A DNA stretch of 64,000 nucleotides from a virus. Lineage: Duplodnaviria; Caudoviricetes. Below the pieces are notes generated by a model that saw only the letters and a list, made by a program, of their open reading frames with translations, did no database searches and was not told the origin of the DNA. This document shows, piece by piece, positions 46,225-56,438 of the stretch; position 1 is the first letter of the stretch, and every line of letters begins with the position of its first letter. The DNA lies in IMG/VR virus record IMGVR_UViG_2841096034_000001; one strand, 5' to 3'. A program made the translations under genes and the position numbers.

Positions 46225-46655
46225 ACATCTTCATCCTCAGTCGCGCTGTCATAGTAACCGGATAGATCAAGGACAACATCAGCTAGTTGATTAATCTCAC
46301 CGGCAAGTAACACTCTTTTGACGACCTGTTCGGCACCAGAGGCTTTGAAAGTAGATAGCATATCCGGGTGATCCCACTTCATTTTCTCGTCTCCACCGAT
46401 GGCCTTCGTAGCTGCTGCTACAAGAGCACGGTTGAAACGCTTGGTATCAAGATCATGTTTCTCTTCTCCACGTACACGTTTGACGTTTGTGAATCGCTTC
46501 TCTAGCTTCTCAATCTCCCCTTCACGAAGTCCGGACATTAAAAAAGAAAGGTCAATACGATCAATCGTAACCTTCCTTTTCGGAATGCTGGCCTCTTCAG
46601 ACGCAGCGAACAAGCGATCCAGTACACTTTTTTCATTTACAGATTTATTAGTCAA
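46197..46655 (-). CDS. xkdN: tail assembly chaperone
   Basis: VVKRVLLAGEI...VLDLSGY; between tube and TMP. Confidence 0.85.
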   Translation of the reverse strand: MTNKSVNEKSVLDRLFAASEEASIPKRKVTIDRIDLSFLMSGLREGEIEKLEKRFTNVKRVRGEEKHDLDTKRFNRALVAAATKAIGGDEKMKWDHPDMLSTFKASGAEQVVKRVLLAGEINQLADVVLDLSGYYDSATEDEDVKNSYPDEE

Positions 46656-46671
46656 TATAATTCCTCCTCTA

Positions 46672-47109
46672 TTATTCCGCTTCGATTGGGTCTAAGAGTT
46701 CGAAGCCTTCGAAAGTAAATGGTGTTTCTTGTTCTACTTCTTGACCAGCAGTCCAGTTTGCAAGTTGTACGGAATCCCACTTAACATTTTTAAGGCGCAC
46801 CCGTTCATGACCGTACGCCTCTGGATCTGCCAGTTTTGAGATAAGTTCTGTTTTTACAGGTGCCCCTCGGTCATCAGCTGCCCAAGCATGTTTCTGAATC
46901 ATCTTCGAAGTGACCTTGTAACCACTCGCCGTTCCAGTTCCATTCAATCCTGTGACTTTATGTTTTTGCCAGCGAGTCCCCGACAAGTTTAATCCACTTT
47001 TCGAAATTTCAACTTCCGCAGTCAAGCTGTTTATATTCTCTTGCCATTCACCGTCTTCCCATAACTCACCAAAACTACCATTAATAACGCGATCTGCATC
47101 TTGTGACAT
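46672..47109 (-). CDS. xkdM: tail tube protein
   Basis: RVINGSFGELW.DG, SKLADPEAYG.ER, ETPFTF. Confidence 0.9.
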   Translation of the reverse strand: MSQDADRVINGSFGELWEDGEWQENINSLTAEVEISKSGLNLSGTRWQKHKVTGLNGTGTASGYKVTSKMIQKHAWAADDRGAPVKTELISKLADPEAYGHERVRLKNVKWDSVQLANWTAGQEVEQETPFTFEGFELLDPIEAE

Positions 47110-47129
47110 ATATTTTCACCGTCCTTTTA

Positions 47130-48545
47130 TTATTGGTGGTAACCCGTACCATAGATTTCTTCCATCGTATCGATGTCTGCAACACGATACTCCCAGAAGA
47201 ATTGATCTTTTCCTGCAGTGGCCATTCGTTCTTGGTCCATTTCTACTGTAAAATCTGGTGCAATCAAAGTTGGTGACAGTGTTTCAAAATAATTTTTCAA
47301 TGCGGATAGCACATATGCTTGTCCATCAGGATTGTTTGGTACTTTCCCGATAAACTTCTCAATAGATTCACTCGAAGTATCCATATCAATCGCATCTTTC
47401 ACCCGAACCATCTTGATTTTCTTCCACGTATCGTTTTGATTCTCCCGTAGAGTGTTTAATGTGTTTACTCCACGTTCGCACCTAACCTTCCCATTTTCAT
47501 AAGACATGACAATGGTTCCAGAAGTTACGGCTTCTTTCTTTTGCTCGTATGTTAATCGTGGCTTTACATCAGTAAATGGTGTAACTGCGAAAGTTACGCT
47601 CTCTCTTAAAGGGAGGCCAGATACAAGACCAGCAAAATATGAGGCGACCTCAGCACTTGAGTACCAAACTCCGTCATATTCGCCACTAACACCTATATTG
47701 ACGATACCCTCGTAGTCTAGTGATCTAGAACGATTAAAACCAGTGCTAGGTGTTTCATCATCTGTGGCTGACCCGCCTAGGAAGGTTGTAATTTTCTTTC
47801 CTTGACTTCTTAATCGCTTGGTCCATTCCGCGACAGATGCTCTAAGATCAGCATCGACAATGCCGTCTAAAGTAAAAGCATCAAAACGGTGCGCTTCGAA
47901 AGCGGTTAAAGCATCCATATATTGTTCATTGGTTACACTAGCGACTCCAGAATTACCACCCGCTAAAGGTTCGTTCGTCACAGAAGCTAAAGTGCCATCA
48001 TTATCCTTTGTTGCAGTCAACCATTCATTCCTGGTGCTCGTATTTACAGCAGATACCAGGGCATCAATATCAGAAAACGGGACTTCAAATAACTTTCTCG
48101 TTCCCTCATAAAGGATCAATTCTTGACTCCCTTGTTCTGTTAGACTATCCCGGATAGTAACGTTAAACTCCAATGATGTAGGGTGTTTAGTAGTCAGCGT
48201 TAAAACATCTACCGCAGCTCCATCCTGGAGTTTCACACTGGCCTTAGCTTCAGAACCATCGGCCACCCGGTAACCTATTACTTTGTTAGGATTTCCTAGT
48301 AGCATGAGGGAAATTAGTTTAAATGCAGTGAACCCACCACCAAAGTCAGTGTGATACACGTTTTTCAATTCATCTTCACTGGTAATTTCAACAAGTTCAC
48401 CTACAGGACCCCAGTTTGCCTTCACAGGAATAGCTACTATTCCTCGAGTTCCATTACTAGATGTATTCTTCGCTGCAGAAATGAAGCGCATATACGCTCC
48501 GGCTAGAGTTTTGTCCTCACCAGGACTCCATTCTCCTCTTCCCAT
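47130..48545 (-). CDS. xkdK: tail sheath protein
   Basis: RGIVAIPVKANWGP, RGVNTL, WKKIKMVR, IGKVPN, DTMEEIY. Confidence 0.92.
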   Translation of the reverse strand: MGRGEWSPGEDKTLAGAYMRFISAAKNTSSNGTRGIVAIPVKANWGPVGELVEITSEDELKNVYHTDFGGGFTAFKLISLMLLGNPNKVIGYRVADGSEAKASVKLQDGAAVDVLTLTTKHPTSLEFNVTIRDSLTEQGSQELILYEGTRKLFEVPFSDIDALVSAVNTSTRNEWLTATKDNDGTLASVTNEPLAGGNSGVASVTNEQYMDALTAFEAHRFDAFTLDGIVDADLRASVAEWTKRLRSQGKKITTFLGGSATDDETPSTGFNRSRSLDYEGIVNIGVSGEYDGVWYSSAEVASYFAGLVSGLPLRESVTFAVTPFTDVKPRLTYEQKKEAVTSGTIVMSYENGKVRCERGVNTLNTLRENQNDTWKKIKMVRVKDAIDMDTSSESIEKFIGKVPNNPDGQAYVLSALKNYFETLSPTLIAPDFTVEMDQERMATAGKDQFFWEYRVADIDTMEEIYGTGYHQ

Positions 48546-48548
48546 TTA

Positions 48549-48764
48549 CTACACCTTCCTTTTCATAAATTTATTGATAGCAGATTTTACCTCATCCACC
48601 GTAAAGATTTCCTTTTCAAAACTATTCAGTGCTCCAACAACAACTTCAGGAGAAACGTTGAAAGCAGCATTCGCATTGGTAACTAACTCACTTTTGTTGT
48701 AAGTCGGTTCTTTCTTAGCTGCCTCTTTTTTATTGACGTGATCTTTACTATCTCGTTGACTCAT
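48549..48764 (-). CDS. small protein upstream of sheath
   Basis: FNVSPEVVVGAL...EVKSAINKFMKRKV; conserved position. Confidence 0.65.
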   Translation of the reverse strand: MSQRDSKDHVNKKEAAKKEPTYNKSELVTNANAAFNVSPEVVVGALNSFEKEIFTVDEVKSAINKFMKRKV

Positions 48765-48768
48765 TACT

Positions 48769-49623
48769 TCACCCCACTTCCCCATCTGAATTCATCTGCT
48801 CAATCACCGTAACTTCCTCATAAGGACGTTTAGTCCTTCGTTTTAATCGGAGTGTGATTTGACCTCTATTTAATCCATCAGCAAGAAAATCCCCACGAGG
48901 TTGAACGACTGTCATGAATTTTTTATTTTCGATGTCCAAAGGGACCTTAATGTCTGACATGAATTGTTCAACCAACGCAGAAATTGCTCTTATCCTAAGG
49001 TTAGGAGATTCAGAGATTACATGCCCCACAACCTCTTTCCTAACCTCGAAGGACGCCCGGCTTACACCTTCCACCCGGTAATCATTCAGCCTCCACAACA
49101 CTGAAGGTCGCTTGTAACCTAAAGGTAGACGGTTTTCGTAAACTGTCCATTCTGGGTTAGCCGGATCCTCATTTAAAAGCTCTCCCGACCAACTTGATAG
49201 AGCCTCTAACCAATGATCTGTTAAAACATCTGGTGACACGTCCACTTGCTGAAGAGCCATAACTGCAAATCGTAATCCGCGCGTTATAGCATCCCATTCA
49301 TGATCGGTTACATCCTGGCCAGACGTCCCTAGATACACGCAAGAAAAGACAGCGCCTGTGGTCTGATCGGTAATTAGTTGTTGATCCAATGCCTCTATAA
49401 TTTTCTTTTGCAGGTCATCCACTTTAGTGAATGTAGTCCTCGAAACATAAGGCCATATCTCAACAATTCTTCGAAACCCTACCCAATCACTATCCTCGGT
49501 ATCTACACCTTGTCTGATTACTCCATAAGGCTTTTCCGATTGAGGTCCAGCCACATGAGGTTCATAGACGTCTTTGAATTCAGGTATGCTATTCATTAAC
49601 TGTTCTCTTATGGCATTCCTCAT
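48769..49623 (-). CDS. tail terminator/neck protein
   Basis: Position between HK97-gp10-like gene and sheath. Confidence 0.6.
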   Translation of the reverse strand: MRNAIREQLMNSIPEFKDVYEPHVAGPQSEKPYGVIRQGVDTEDSDWVGFRRIVEIWPYVSRTTFTKVDDLQKKIIEALDQQLITDQTTGAVFSCVYLGTSGQDVTDHEWDAITRGLRFAVMALQQVDVSPDVLTDHWLEALSSWSGELLNEDPANPEWTVYENRLPLGYKRPSVLWRLNDYRVEGVSRASFEVRKEVVGHVISESPNLRIRAISALVEQFMSDIKVPLDIENKKFMTVVQPRGDFLADGLNRGQITLRLKRRTKRPYEEVTVIEQMNSDGEVG

Positions 49624-49625
49624 CG

Positions 49626-50054
49626 TTAGTCCCTCCTGAATAATCGGTGCACGCTATCTCTCATCTTGTTCCAATGGACGTCAACAGTAGGCCCAATAAT
49701 CGGTTGAGCTTTTATACCTGGATGAATGACTTCCCTTACTGGGTGTGAAGCGCCATACCAAAATAAGGCTTGCTTGTTTTTCGGTTTGATTTTATAGGGT
49801 ACCCCTTTCGGACCGTGAATCCCTGTTCCTTCCTCCAGATAGTTACCAGCTTCAGACCCGTGAGATAAATAGGTAGTTACTTCATCGCCGTTTACTTCCA
49901 CACCAGAGTGGATGGATTGTCTTGTGTGTCCTGTTCGGTCAACCCATTCAGCATGAGTTTTGGCATATCGCTCCATAGTACCAGCGTAGTTATCTGCCAA
50001 AGCATGAAGCTCCGCTTTCTTCCTATTCAACTTTTGCTCATAAGAAAAAGCCAT
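49626..50054 (-). CDS. HK97 gp10-like neck protein
   Basis: WVDRTGHTRQSI, YLEEGTG, HPGIKAQP. Confidence 0.75.
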   Translation of the reverse strand: MAFSYEQKLNRKKAELHALADNYAGTMERYAKTHAEWVDRTGHTRQSIHSGVEVNGDEVTTYLSHGSEAGNYLEEGTGIHGPKGVPYKIKPKNKQALFWYGASHPVREVIHPGIKAQPIIGPTVDVHWNKMRDSVHRLFRRD

Positions 50055-50438
50055 CTACCCCACCCTCTCCAGGTCGGCTTGATAGCCTACAATCTGATTC
50101 ATAACGATTTGAGGACGAACGGCGGTAATGACGAAATGGCCGTACCCTCCAGCTTCAAACCGATCTTCTACATTTGTTCCAGATTTTAAGTCAGCCTCTG
50201 AATCAGCTAACATCGACCAGCTGTCATTTGTTTGTTTCGCCCCGACAACACCATTTGTCTCTTTCGTTTCTGTGGTTGAAGCTTGGTAAATGCGCACAGT
50301 AAAAGGGCCAGGGTTAGATTCTGCTTCATCGAATCCACCCCCAACCCTTTTCTTTTCCGTTCGGGATATAGTGATGTCTGTCGGGTTTCTCTGGATATTC
50401 CATTTGATATGGTCTTTCCGGACTTTAACGAAATCCAT
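50055..50438 (-). CDS. head-tail adaptor/stopper
   Basis: Position; beta-rich 127-aa ORF. Confidence 0.55.
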   Translation of the reverse strand: MDFVKVRKDHIKWNIQRNPTDITISRTEKKRVGGGFDEAESNPGPFTVRIYQASTTETKETNGVVGAKQTNDSWSMLADSEADLKSGTNVEDRFEAGGYGHFVITAVRPQIVMNQIVGYQADLERVG

Positions 50439-50783
50439 TTAGAGCACCTCCGGAGGCTTTATTTTAAACAAAACCCCTCCGGAGCTTTCCTTACCCATCT
50501 CTTGATAATGATTAGCCATTGCCATTGCATGGGTCATCTTATCTTTTAGGGAGGTTAGTGTGTACTGCTCATCACCTGTAGAATACTTCTCAATATCCCC
50601 TTGGAGTAGGGCTGCCTTTTCAGCCCACCCCTTGGATGCAGCTGTGTAAACATTCGATGATTCTTGGAGCAAACCATCCAGTTCAACATCACTAAAGTTC
50701 GTGTCTGCCTCCGATCCACCGCTGGGAACCTTCTCGTTCAGCAATTTACGCAGCTTGTTTCTCAACTCCTTGGTTGGAGTCAT
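50439..50783 (-). CDS. head-tail connector
   Basis: Position after capsid; FSDVELDGLL motif. Confidence 0.6.
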   Translation of the reverse strand: MTPTKELRNKLRKLLNEKVPSGGSEADTNFSDVELDGLLQESSNVYTAASKGWAEKAALLQGDIEKYSTGDEQYTLTSLKDKMTHAMAMANHYQEMGKESSGGVLFKIKPPEVL

Positions 50784-50797
50784 AGTACTTCACCTCC

Positions 50798-51856
50798 TTA
50801 GGATTGACCAGGAAGCGTAATTTCTTGGACGTTTTCATCGACAGCTGCGAATACACCACGCCAGAAGTCACCAACAACCTGACTTTCAACCAGACGAGTG
50901 ATGTCGCCCATCGTAGCATTGATTTGAAGGTCTTGCTTGATAAGTTCCTTGAATCCTCGCTTCGGACGGATGGCGTATAATTTGCCTGGAGCCACTCCAT
51001 CATATGCATATTTCTTCTTGCCAACGTTCGTTTCATAACCATCGTAATAAATCACACTCTCCACACCATCCAAAGCGCGGTACGGTGTTCCGTTGATGGA
51101 TACGCTGGCCATTGCTTCTTCGATATCATACTGATCAGCAGAGTTAGCCAAAAGGATTGTTCCTGGACGTTTCGCTGTCCGGGTGTCTTGCAATCCTTGC
51201 TTGATTGTTTCACGGAGACTCAACAGATAGTGGCTATCTGCTTGTGCAATTACCTGCCTGTTCTGGTCAACATACTTTGGTGCCGTTTTGTTGGCCGCTT
51301 TGTAGGTATGCTTGAGAATCGGCGCCAGGTGCAGGTGGTTCAGCATCGCGTTATGGGCTTCACCAAAGGCTCTGTTCAAAAGCTCTAGGTTGAACGATGC
51401 ATTAAACATATCGATTTCCTTCGTGTACTCAAAACCTGCAGCATAACCTTTAATATATGCAGTAGGCCCTTGCTCAGCGCTCAATGATCCAAATTTAACC
51501 TCTTCACCTTCCATGTGTTCGAAGAAAATGACGGAACCATACTGCGCCCACTTCGCTTCAAACTGTTGAGGAAAGTTAGGGTCTTGGATACGCTCATAAA
51601 TTGCATTGTAAAGCACCGGGACTTCTTCACGTCCGAGTTCGACATCAAGAACAACTTTCTGCATGAGCTCTTTTCGGGTCTTCTCGTTGGTAAGCATTTC
51701 CCCGACAGGCTTTCCTAAGTCGTATGTCTCCATCTCTCCATTTACGATCCGCTTTTTTGTAGATAGTGGCGCTCCATTAAGCGTGAAGCCAATATCATTC
51801 TCAATTGTTCCGGATCGACGTTGTTCTTTTACTGTTGCTGGACTAATAATTTTCAT
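50798..51856 (-). CDS. major capsid protein
   Basis: 352 aa, EGEEVKFG motif; position after the decoration gene. Confidence 0.75.
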   Translation of the reverse strand: MKIISPATVKEQRRSGTIENDIGFTLNGAPLSTKKRIVNGEMETYDLGKPVGEMLTNEKTRKELMQKVVLDVELGREEVPVLYNAIYERIQDPNFPQQFEAKWAQYGSVIFFEHMEGEEVKFGSLSAEQGPTAYIKGYAAGFEYTKEIDMFNASFNLELLNRAFGEAHNAMLNHLHLAPILKHTYKAANKTAPKYVDQNRQVIAQADSHYLLSLRETIKQGLQDTRTAKRPGTILLANSADQYDIEEAMASVSINGTPYRALDGVESVIYYDGYETNVGKKKYAYDGVAPGKLYAIRPKRGFKELIKQDLQINATMGDITRLVESQVVGDFWRGVFAAVDENVQEITLPGQS

Positions 51857-51875
51857 GTCTCTCTATTCCCCCTTC

Positions 51876-52292
51876 TTAAACTTGCGGTCCTAAAATGAAA
51901 TGAATAACGTTGTTTGCATCCTTGGCTTCTGTAACAAGCCCTACCGAACGATAAGGAACAGGTTCCGTATCCCCGGATTCAGCCGTTTCTGTAAGTTTTT
52001 TTGTAGATGGATTAAAGTAAATCTTCGTACCTTTGGCGAAATCTTGAGACGTACTGATTTGATCTGTCTCAAATTCCGCTTGTTCAATGTTCAAGATGAC
52101 GTCCGTTGTTTCTCCAGCTCCGGTTACCGCAGATTGCATTGCGACACCAATAAAACCATCTAATTCATAAACCCCACCAGCAGCTACGGTGGTATTTTCC
52201 GGAACAGTAACGTGAACACTTTTTCCATCACCCACTTTTGCTCGATTAGACTGGTGAGTCGTCGTAGGTACAGGTTGTCCTTGAAATGGCAT
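51876..52292 (-). CDS. capsid decoration/cement protein (DUF2190-like)
   Basis: GFIGVA...FAKGTKIYF...VGLV. Confidence 0.7.
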   Translation of the reverse strand: MPFQGQPVPTTTHQSNRAKVGDGKSVHVTVPENTTVAAGGVYELDGFIGVAMQSAVTGAGETTDVILNIEQAEFETDQISTSQDFAKGTKIYFNPSTKKLTETAESGDTEPVPYRSVGLVTEAKDANNVIHFILGPQV

Positions 52293-52306
52293 TTAAAACG
52301 GCCTCC

Positions 52307-53467
52307 TTATAGCGCAGTGCGCTTTGTTTTTAGTCCTTGTGATTGATTACCCTCGGGAGCACTTGTTCCGATTCCAGCAGGTGTATCTTTGTGATAGGAA
52401 TCAATGATGCCCTTGACCACTTTATCGTCAAGGAAATTATCCAATTCACCAGAAATTTTGTCCTTCTCCATGCCAGGCGTCAGTGTCTTGGAATGATAAG
52501 AGAATAGCTTGCCGATTTGCGTCTCTGTGTTATGAATATCTTTCTTCACAGCGTCAGACTTCACTTTCTCATCCATCATTTCACCGACTGTCTTGTTGAA
52601 GTCAGCACTTTCTTTCTCCTTCATCGCTTCCGCAGCTGCTTCAGCAACTTTCGTGATGTCCATTTCTCCTGAGATTCCCAGCTTCCCTGCTACTTCCTTC
52701 AGCGTCTTCTCAGCTTTTGTTTTCTCATCGAGCCAGGAAGAGTCCATTTCTCCTGCTACCTGATCAACCGACATCCCGATTTCACCGGCGATCATCGGAA
52801 CTGTAATTTGTTTGTTCTTAACCATCTGTCCAAGTTGTTTCAATAATTCTTGTGGGTCCATGCGTCTAGCACCTCCATTTTTATTTTCATCCTTACCTGG
52901 TCCCGATCCGTCAACGTCCCACATCTCACCGGAAGTGGCCACAATCTTAGTAGGCATCCCTGCCCGGTCGAGCGGTGTCCAGTCAATTGACAAGGCGTCA
53001 TAATCAACTACCTGTGTTTCTCCATTTGAAGTCTGCAGTTTAGGGTATCCGAAAATACTTACCTGTTTAATCCGACCTGTGCGTATCCAACGCTTCAGAT
53101 CAGGCGCAGCCTTATCAATAACTCCACGAAAAAAAGCTGACTCCCCTTCCATCTTCGCCCCAATCCAGTGAGTGACCGGTTCTTCAAACCGATTCTTCAC
53201 TTCTTCAGGCTTCTGATGGCCGAGGAAACCAGCCAATGTATTTCGCATTACCTTCTCGACAATGCTCTGCAGTGCGAATTTCGTGTAGTTCCACCCTCGA
53301 GTGGATGGACCTGCGGGGATCTCGACAACAACTTCCATGAAATCATCATCGTGTTTCTTGAAATCATCTAGATTCACTCCTGATGCAAGAGGAACGCCAG
53401 TGGTTTTCATCTCACCACTTAAATTCCCAAATAGCATCATAAGCTGCTCTTTCTTCTGTTTACTCAA
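52307..53467 (-). CDS. prohead protease/scaffold protein
   Basis: GFLGHQ, VSIFG, SIDW..L.RAG protease-like N-half; charged scaffold C-half. Confidence 0.65.
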   Translation of the reverse strand: MSKQKKEQLMMLFGNLSGEMKTTGVPLASGVNLDDFKKHDDDFMEVVVEIPAGPSTRGWNYTKFALQSIVEKVMRNTLAGFLGHQKPEEVKNRFEEPVTHWIGAKMEGESAFFRGVIDKAAPDLKRWIRTGRIKQVSIFGYPKLQTSNGETQVVDYDALSIDWTPLDRAGMPTKIVATSGEMWDVDGSGPGKDENKNGGARRMDPQELLKQLGQMVKNKQITVPMIAGEIGMSVDQVAGEMDSSWLDEKTKAEKTLKEVAGKLGISGEMDITKVAEAAAEAMKEKESADFNKTVGEMMDEKVKSDAVKKDIHNTETQIGKLFSYHSKTLTPGMEKDKISGELDNFLDDKVVKGIIDSYHKDTPAGIGTSAPEGNQSQGLKTKRTAL

Positions 53468-53643
53468 TGTTTCTCACCCCCTTTCAATTTTTCTTTTATT
53501 TCATCAGCTTCTTTGAGTATCCTTCTGCTTTTCAATCCATTCATAATTAAGAGGATACTCCCCGCAAGTAACAAAAGAGCAATCACAATACGAAGCACAT
53601 CCAGTACTCCTTCAGAGAAAATGAACACGACCGGGTCTGTCAT
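53464..53643 (-). CDS. small membrane protein (59 aa, not in ORF track)
   Basis: MTDPVVFIFSEGVLDVLRIVIALLLLAGSILLIMNG...; overlaps both neighbours by 4 nt. Confidence 0.55.
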   Translation of the reverse strand: MTDPVVFIFSEGVLDVLRIVIALLLLAGSILLIMNGLKSRRILKEADEIKEKLKGGEKH

Positions 53644-53879
53644 CCTCTTTCACCCCTTTCCACAACTTCGTATTCACTATCATGGATAGGGATAGGGTGT
53701 TCTTTAACCTCAACAGATGCAACGATTATACTTCTAGGTGTCCAATGATCTTTTTTCACTGTAAATATATCGCCATTCTTATAGACACCATCATTTAGGT
53801 CAGGAAGGGCGTCAACTATTTTTATTTTTTCGCCAGGTTGAGGTCTGCCTTCTCCTGAAATGTATTCAAAATCAGCCAT
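53640..53879 (-). CDS. hypothetical protein (79 aa)
   Basis: AGGAGG RBS, in head operon. Confidence 0.6.
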   Translation of the reverse strand: MADFEYISGEGRPQPGEKIKIVDALPDLNDGVYKNGDIFTVKKDHWTPRSIIVASVEVKEHPIPIHDSEYEVVERGERG

Positions 53880-53891
53880 AAACTCCCTCCT

Positions 53892-54914
53892 TTATGCAGC
53901 TTTATAGACTTCCTTGTACCATTCTTCAATTTGCGGTTGTGACTGCGGGTTCTCCCGCCATTCTTTGAGCTTATCAACGAAGTCATCTGGATCTTCATGA
54001 ACAGGCAATAAGCTACACAAGCAATTCGGGTGAGGCGGAAACATAGGCTCCTCACCAACAGGATAAACACCCCTACCTAACCCGTGATCAGCATTAGCAA
54101 ATGTATCGCAAATATCTACTACTGGATGTGAAGGGGATAAAACCCACTGTATGCCCTTGGAAGATGGGGAAACTCTCACAGATTGGATGGTGCCTTCTCC
54201 AAATGCGGCAGTCATTTCAGTTCTGGCAAGTCTGAGGGCTTCATAGGAGACATCCTGAGGTATTCTATTACCAAGACGCTTCATCATATTCGGATAATCT
54301 CTAGCTAGTGTCTGCTTGCCGTTCTGTGCGTATTTTTCTAATGAACGTGCAACCTCCCTGACGTCTTTCCCCATTACAATTCCTTCTTGGATGATAGTCC
54401 TTATCGAAGTGCCCGCCTTTTGGCTATTCCGCCATATTCGGTCAGAAGTACTCAATCCATTAATAGTCCTGGCATAAACCGCCTCAGCTGCCCGGACATT
54501 AACCTTATGGAACCTACGAATCATCGGAGCTTTGTCGATACCAGCTTCATCTAACAATTTGTATGTGACACCCTGGCTATAAGAAAGACCCGCTTCCACC
54601 GCTTCTGCTATGAATTCTGCTGTAGCTTCATCCACTTCTCCATTTAGAGAAGCTATTTCTTGAGCAACCGCCTTTTCCAACTCCACTAAATGACGAATCT
54701 TCATTTCTGAATCACCGTTAGCTGCTAAACCTCGGACTTCTTTTGCAATATTCTTGATGATTCGTATATACATAGATTTTATTTTTTTGTCTTGCTTCAG
54801 CCGAATCTCAACATATTTCTTCCTGGCTTCCAGTGCGTATTTCGCGTAAGGACCAGAGTGATACCTCAGGCGCTCAACCAACTCCCTTGCTGACTGCCCG
54901 AATAAATCGCTCAT
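53892..54914 (-). CDS. head morphogenesis / minor capsid protein (SPP1 gp7-like)
   Basis: LSTSDRIW, ALRLARTEM, PPHPNCLC. Confidence 0.85.
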   Translation of the reverse strand: MSDLFGQSARELVERLRYHSGPYAKYALEARKKYVEIRLKQDKKIKSMYIRIIKNIAKEVRGLAANGDSEMKIRHLVELEKAVAQEIASLNGEVDEATAEFIAEAVEAGLSYSQGVTYKLLDEAGIDKAPMIRRFHKVNVRAAEAVYARTINGLSTSDRIWRNSQKAGTSIRTIIQEGIVMGKDVREVARSLEKYAQNGKQTLARDYPNMMKRLGNRIPQDVSYEALRLARTEMTAAFGEGTIQSVRVSPSSKGIQWVLSPSHPVVDICDTFANADHGLGRGVYPVGEEPMFPPHPNCLCSLLPVHEDPDDFVDKLKEWRENPQSQPQIEEWYKEVYKAA

Positions 54915-56438
54915 TTACCCCGTCCCCTTACGTATCTGTTCCAGTACCTTGTCTATCTCTTTTACCTGGCTCTCATTGAACTGACTGTCTTCCAGGCGCA
55001 TGTTCATGAGTCTTGTATGCATGATCTTCTCACGCTCTCCTGGCACTTCTTGATCATCTGTTACGAAGTTGTTCATCGTATCGATGTACTTTGTCAATAG
55101 GTTGACTGCTGACTCCAGGGATACCACCCCTTTGTCTACTCCAATACTCATCGCTTCAACCATAGCTTTAACTTCCTCAGCAATATCTTTGCCATCACGT
55201 GGGTCAATATCATCCCACTGCAACGTTGTTTTAAATGTGCTGTATGATCTGTTATCTGCTTCGGACGTCATGGCCAATACGATTCGGCACATACGCTTGA
55301 AAGGCTCGTCGTAATGTTCTCGTTTCCTGGCTATTCGCCGAATTAGAATAGGCATCTGCTCTTTAACACTGGATAAGCTGGATGGCGTATGAACCCCGAA
55401 TACAAATTCCGGAGTCTCAGACACATCGACAATGCAATAAAAGAGGAACTTCAACAAGACTGCTGCGTCGCCAATCGCACTCTTCACTTCAACAAACTCT
55501 GCTTCTTCCGTCTCGGACAACATCAAAAGCTCATGTCCGTCCAAGTCTATCTGCCCGCCTTCCTTAGCGAACTTCGCCGGGTCCGTCACCCCGAAATTGT
55601 TTCTGAGGAATTCCCCTACGTCTTTCAGCTTAAGTTTAAGCCTAGGAGTGCTATGCAATTTAGAACCTTGAATAGCGTGAAGCATAACGTCATGATAGGC
55701 TTTCATGAACGGTTCGATAGGTTCGAGATCAGAACGACCGAACTCTTCGTGCACATCTCCTTCATTTTTAAAATGCACAATAGGTATGAATCCCCACTTG
55801 TTCAGTTGTTCCCCCATCTCCATGCCAGGGGGAACTTCGTCGTCCGTAGAAATCACCCGCTTATCCTTGGTAATCCTTTGAGTTATCTTTGAGTTCACCT
55901 CCACTCCAGTTTCATTCATCCAGGAGTGAATAGATTCAAGAATGTATTCAACCGGATTCCCAGTGACAGGGTCTCTGTTTATTTTTGTGACCTGCTCAGG
56001 AGGAATGATGTTATACATCAGCCGTGCGCCTTCCTTCGGGTATAGCTTGTTATCATGAACATCTTCTCTGGTGATCCAAACAAAACCATCACCCTCTCGA
56101 CCAGAATTTCTAAGTGTACGCTGCATCTTAGAAACGTTGTCGTCGAAAAAAGCGTCCAACGCCTTCTGTGCTTCTTCATCCTCTGATATCGGTCGAGGAA
56201 CCCCCATAAATCCAACTGTCGTGTTGACAACTGGCTTCGCAAAGCCTGCCCCGAGTTTGTAGTCATCAGCAGTGTTGTGGTAAAGATTCCTGGCTTTATC
56301 AACGTCAACTCGAGAGGAGTCTAGCTTGTAACCTGAGTTCATCGTTCCGCCAAGGAAGTTCCAACCAAGCTTATTCGATAGTTGATTACGTAGCTTAGAC
56401 ATTTCCCCCACTGCTTTTTGATACCAGCTATTAGCCAT
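54915..56438 (-). CDS. portal protein (SPP1 gp6-like)
   Basis: NKWGFIPIVHFKN...GRSDLE; follows terL. Confidence 0.85.
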   Translation of the reverse strand: MANSWYQKAVGEMSKLRNQLSNKLGWNFLGGTMNSGYKLDSSRVDVDKARNLYHNTADDYKLGAGFAKPVVNTTVGFMGVPRPISEDEEAQKALDAFFDDNVSKMQRTLRNSGREGDGFVWITREDVHDNKLYPKEGARLMYNIIPPEQVTKINRDPVTGNPVEYILESIHSWMNETGVEVNSKITQRITKDKRVISTDDEVPPGMEMGEQLNKWGFIPIVHFKNEGDVHEEFGRSDLEPIEPFMKAYHDVMLHAIQGSKLHSTPRLKLKLKDVGEFLRNNFGVTDPAKFAKEGGQIDLDGHELLMLSETEEAEFVEVKSAIGDAAVLLKFLFYCIVDVSETPEFVFGVHTPSSLSSVKEQMPILIRRIARKREHYDEPFKRMCRIVLAMTSEADNRSYSTFKTTLQWDDIDPRDGKDIAEEVKAMVEAMSIGVDKGVVSLESAVNLLTKYIDTMNNFVTDDQEVPGEREKIMHTRLMNMRLEDSQFNESQVKEIDKVLEQIRKGTG

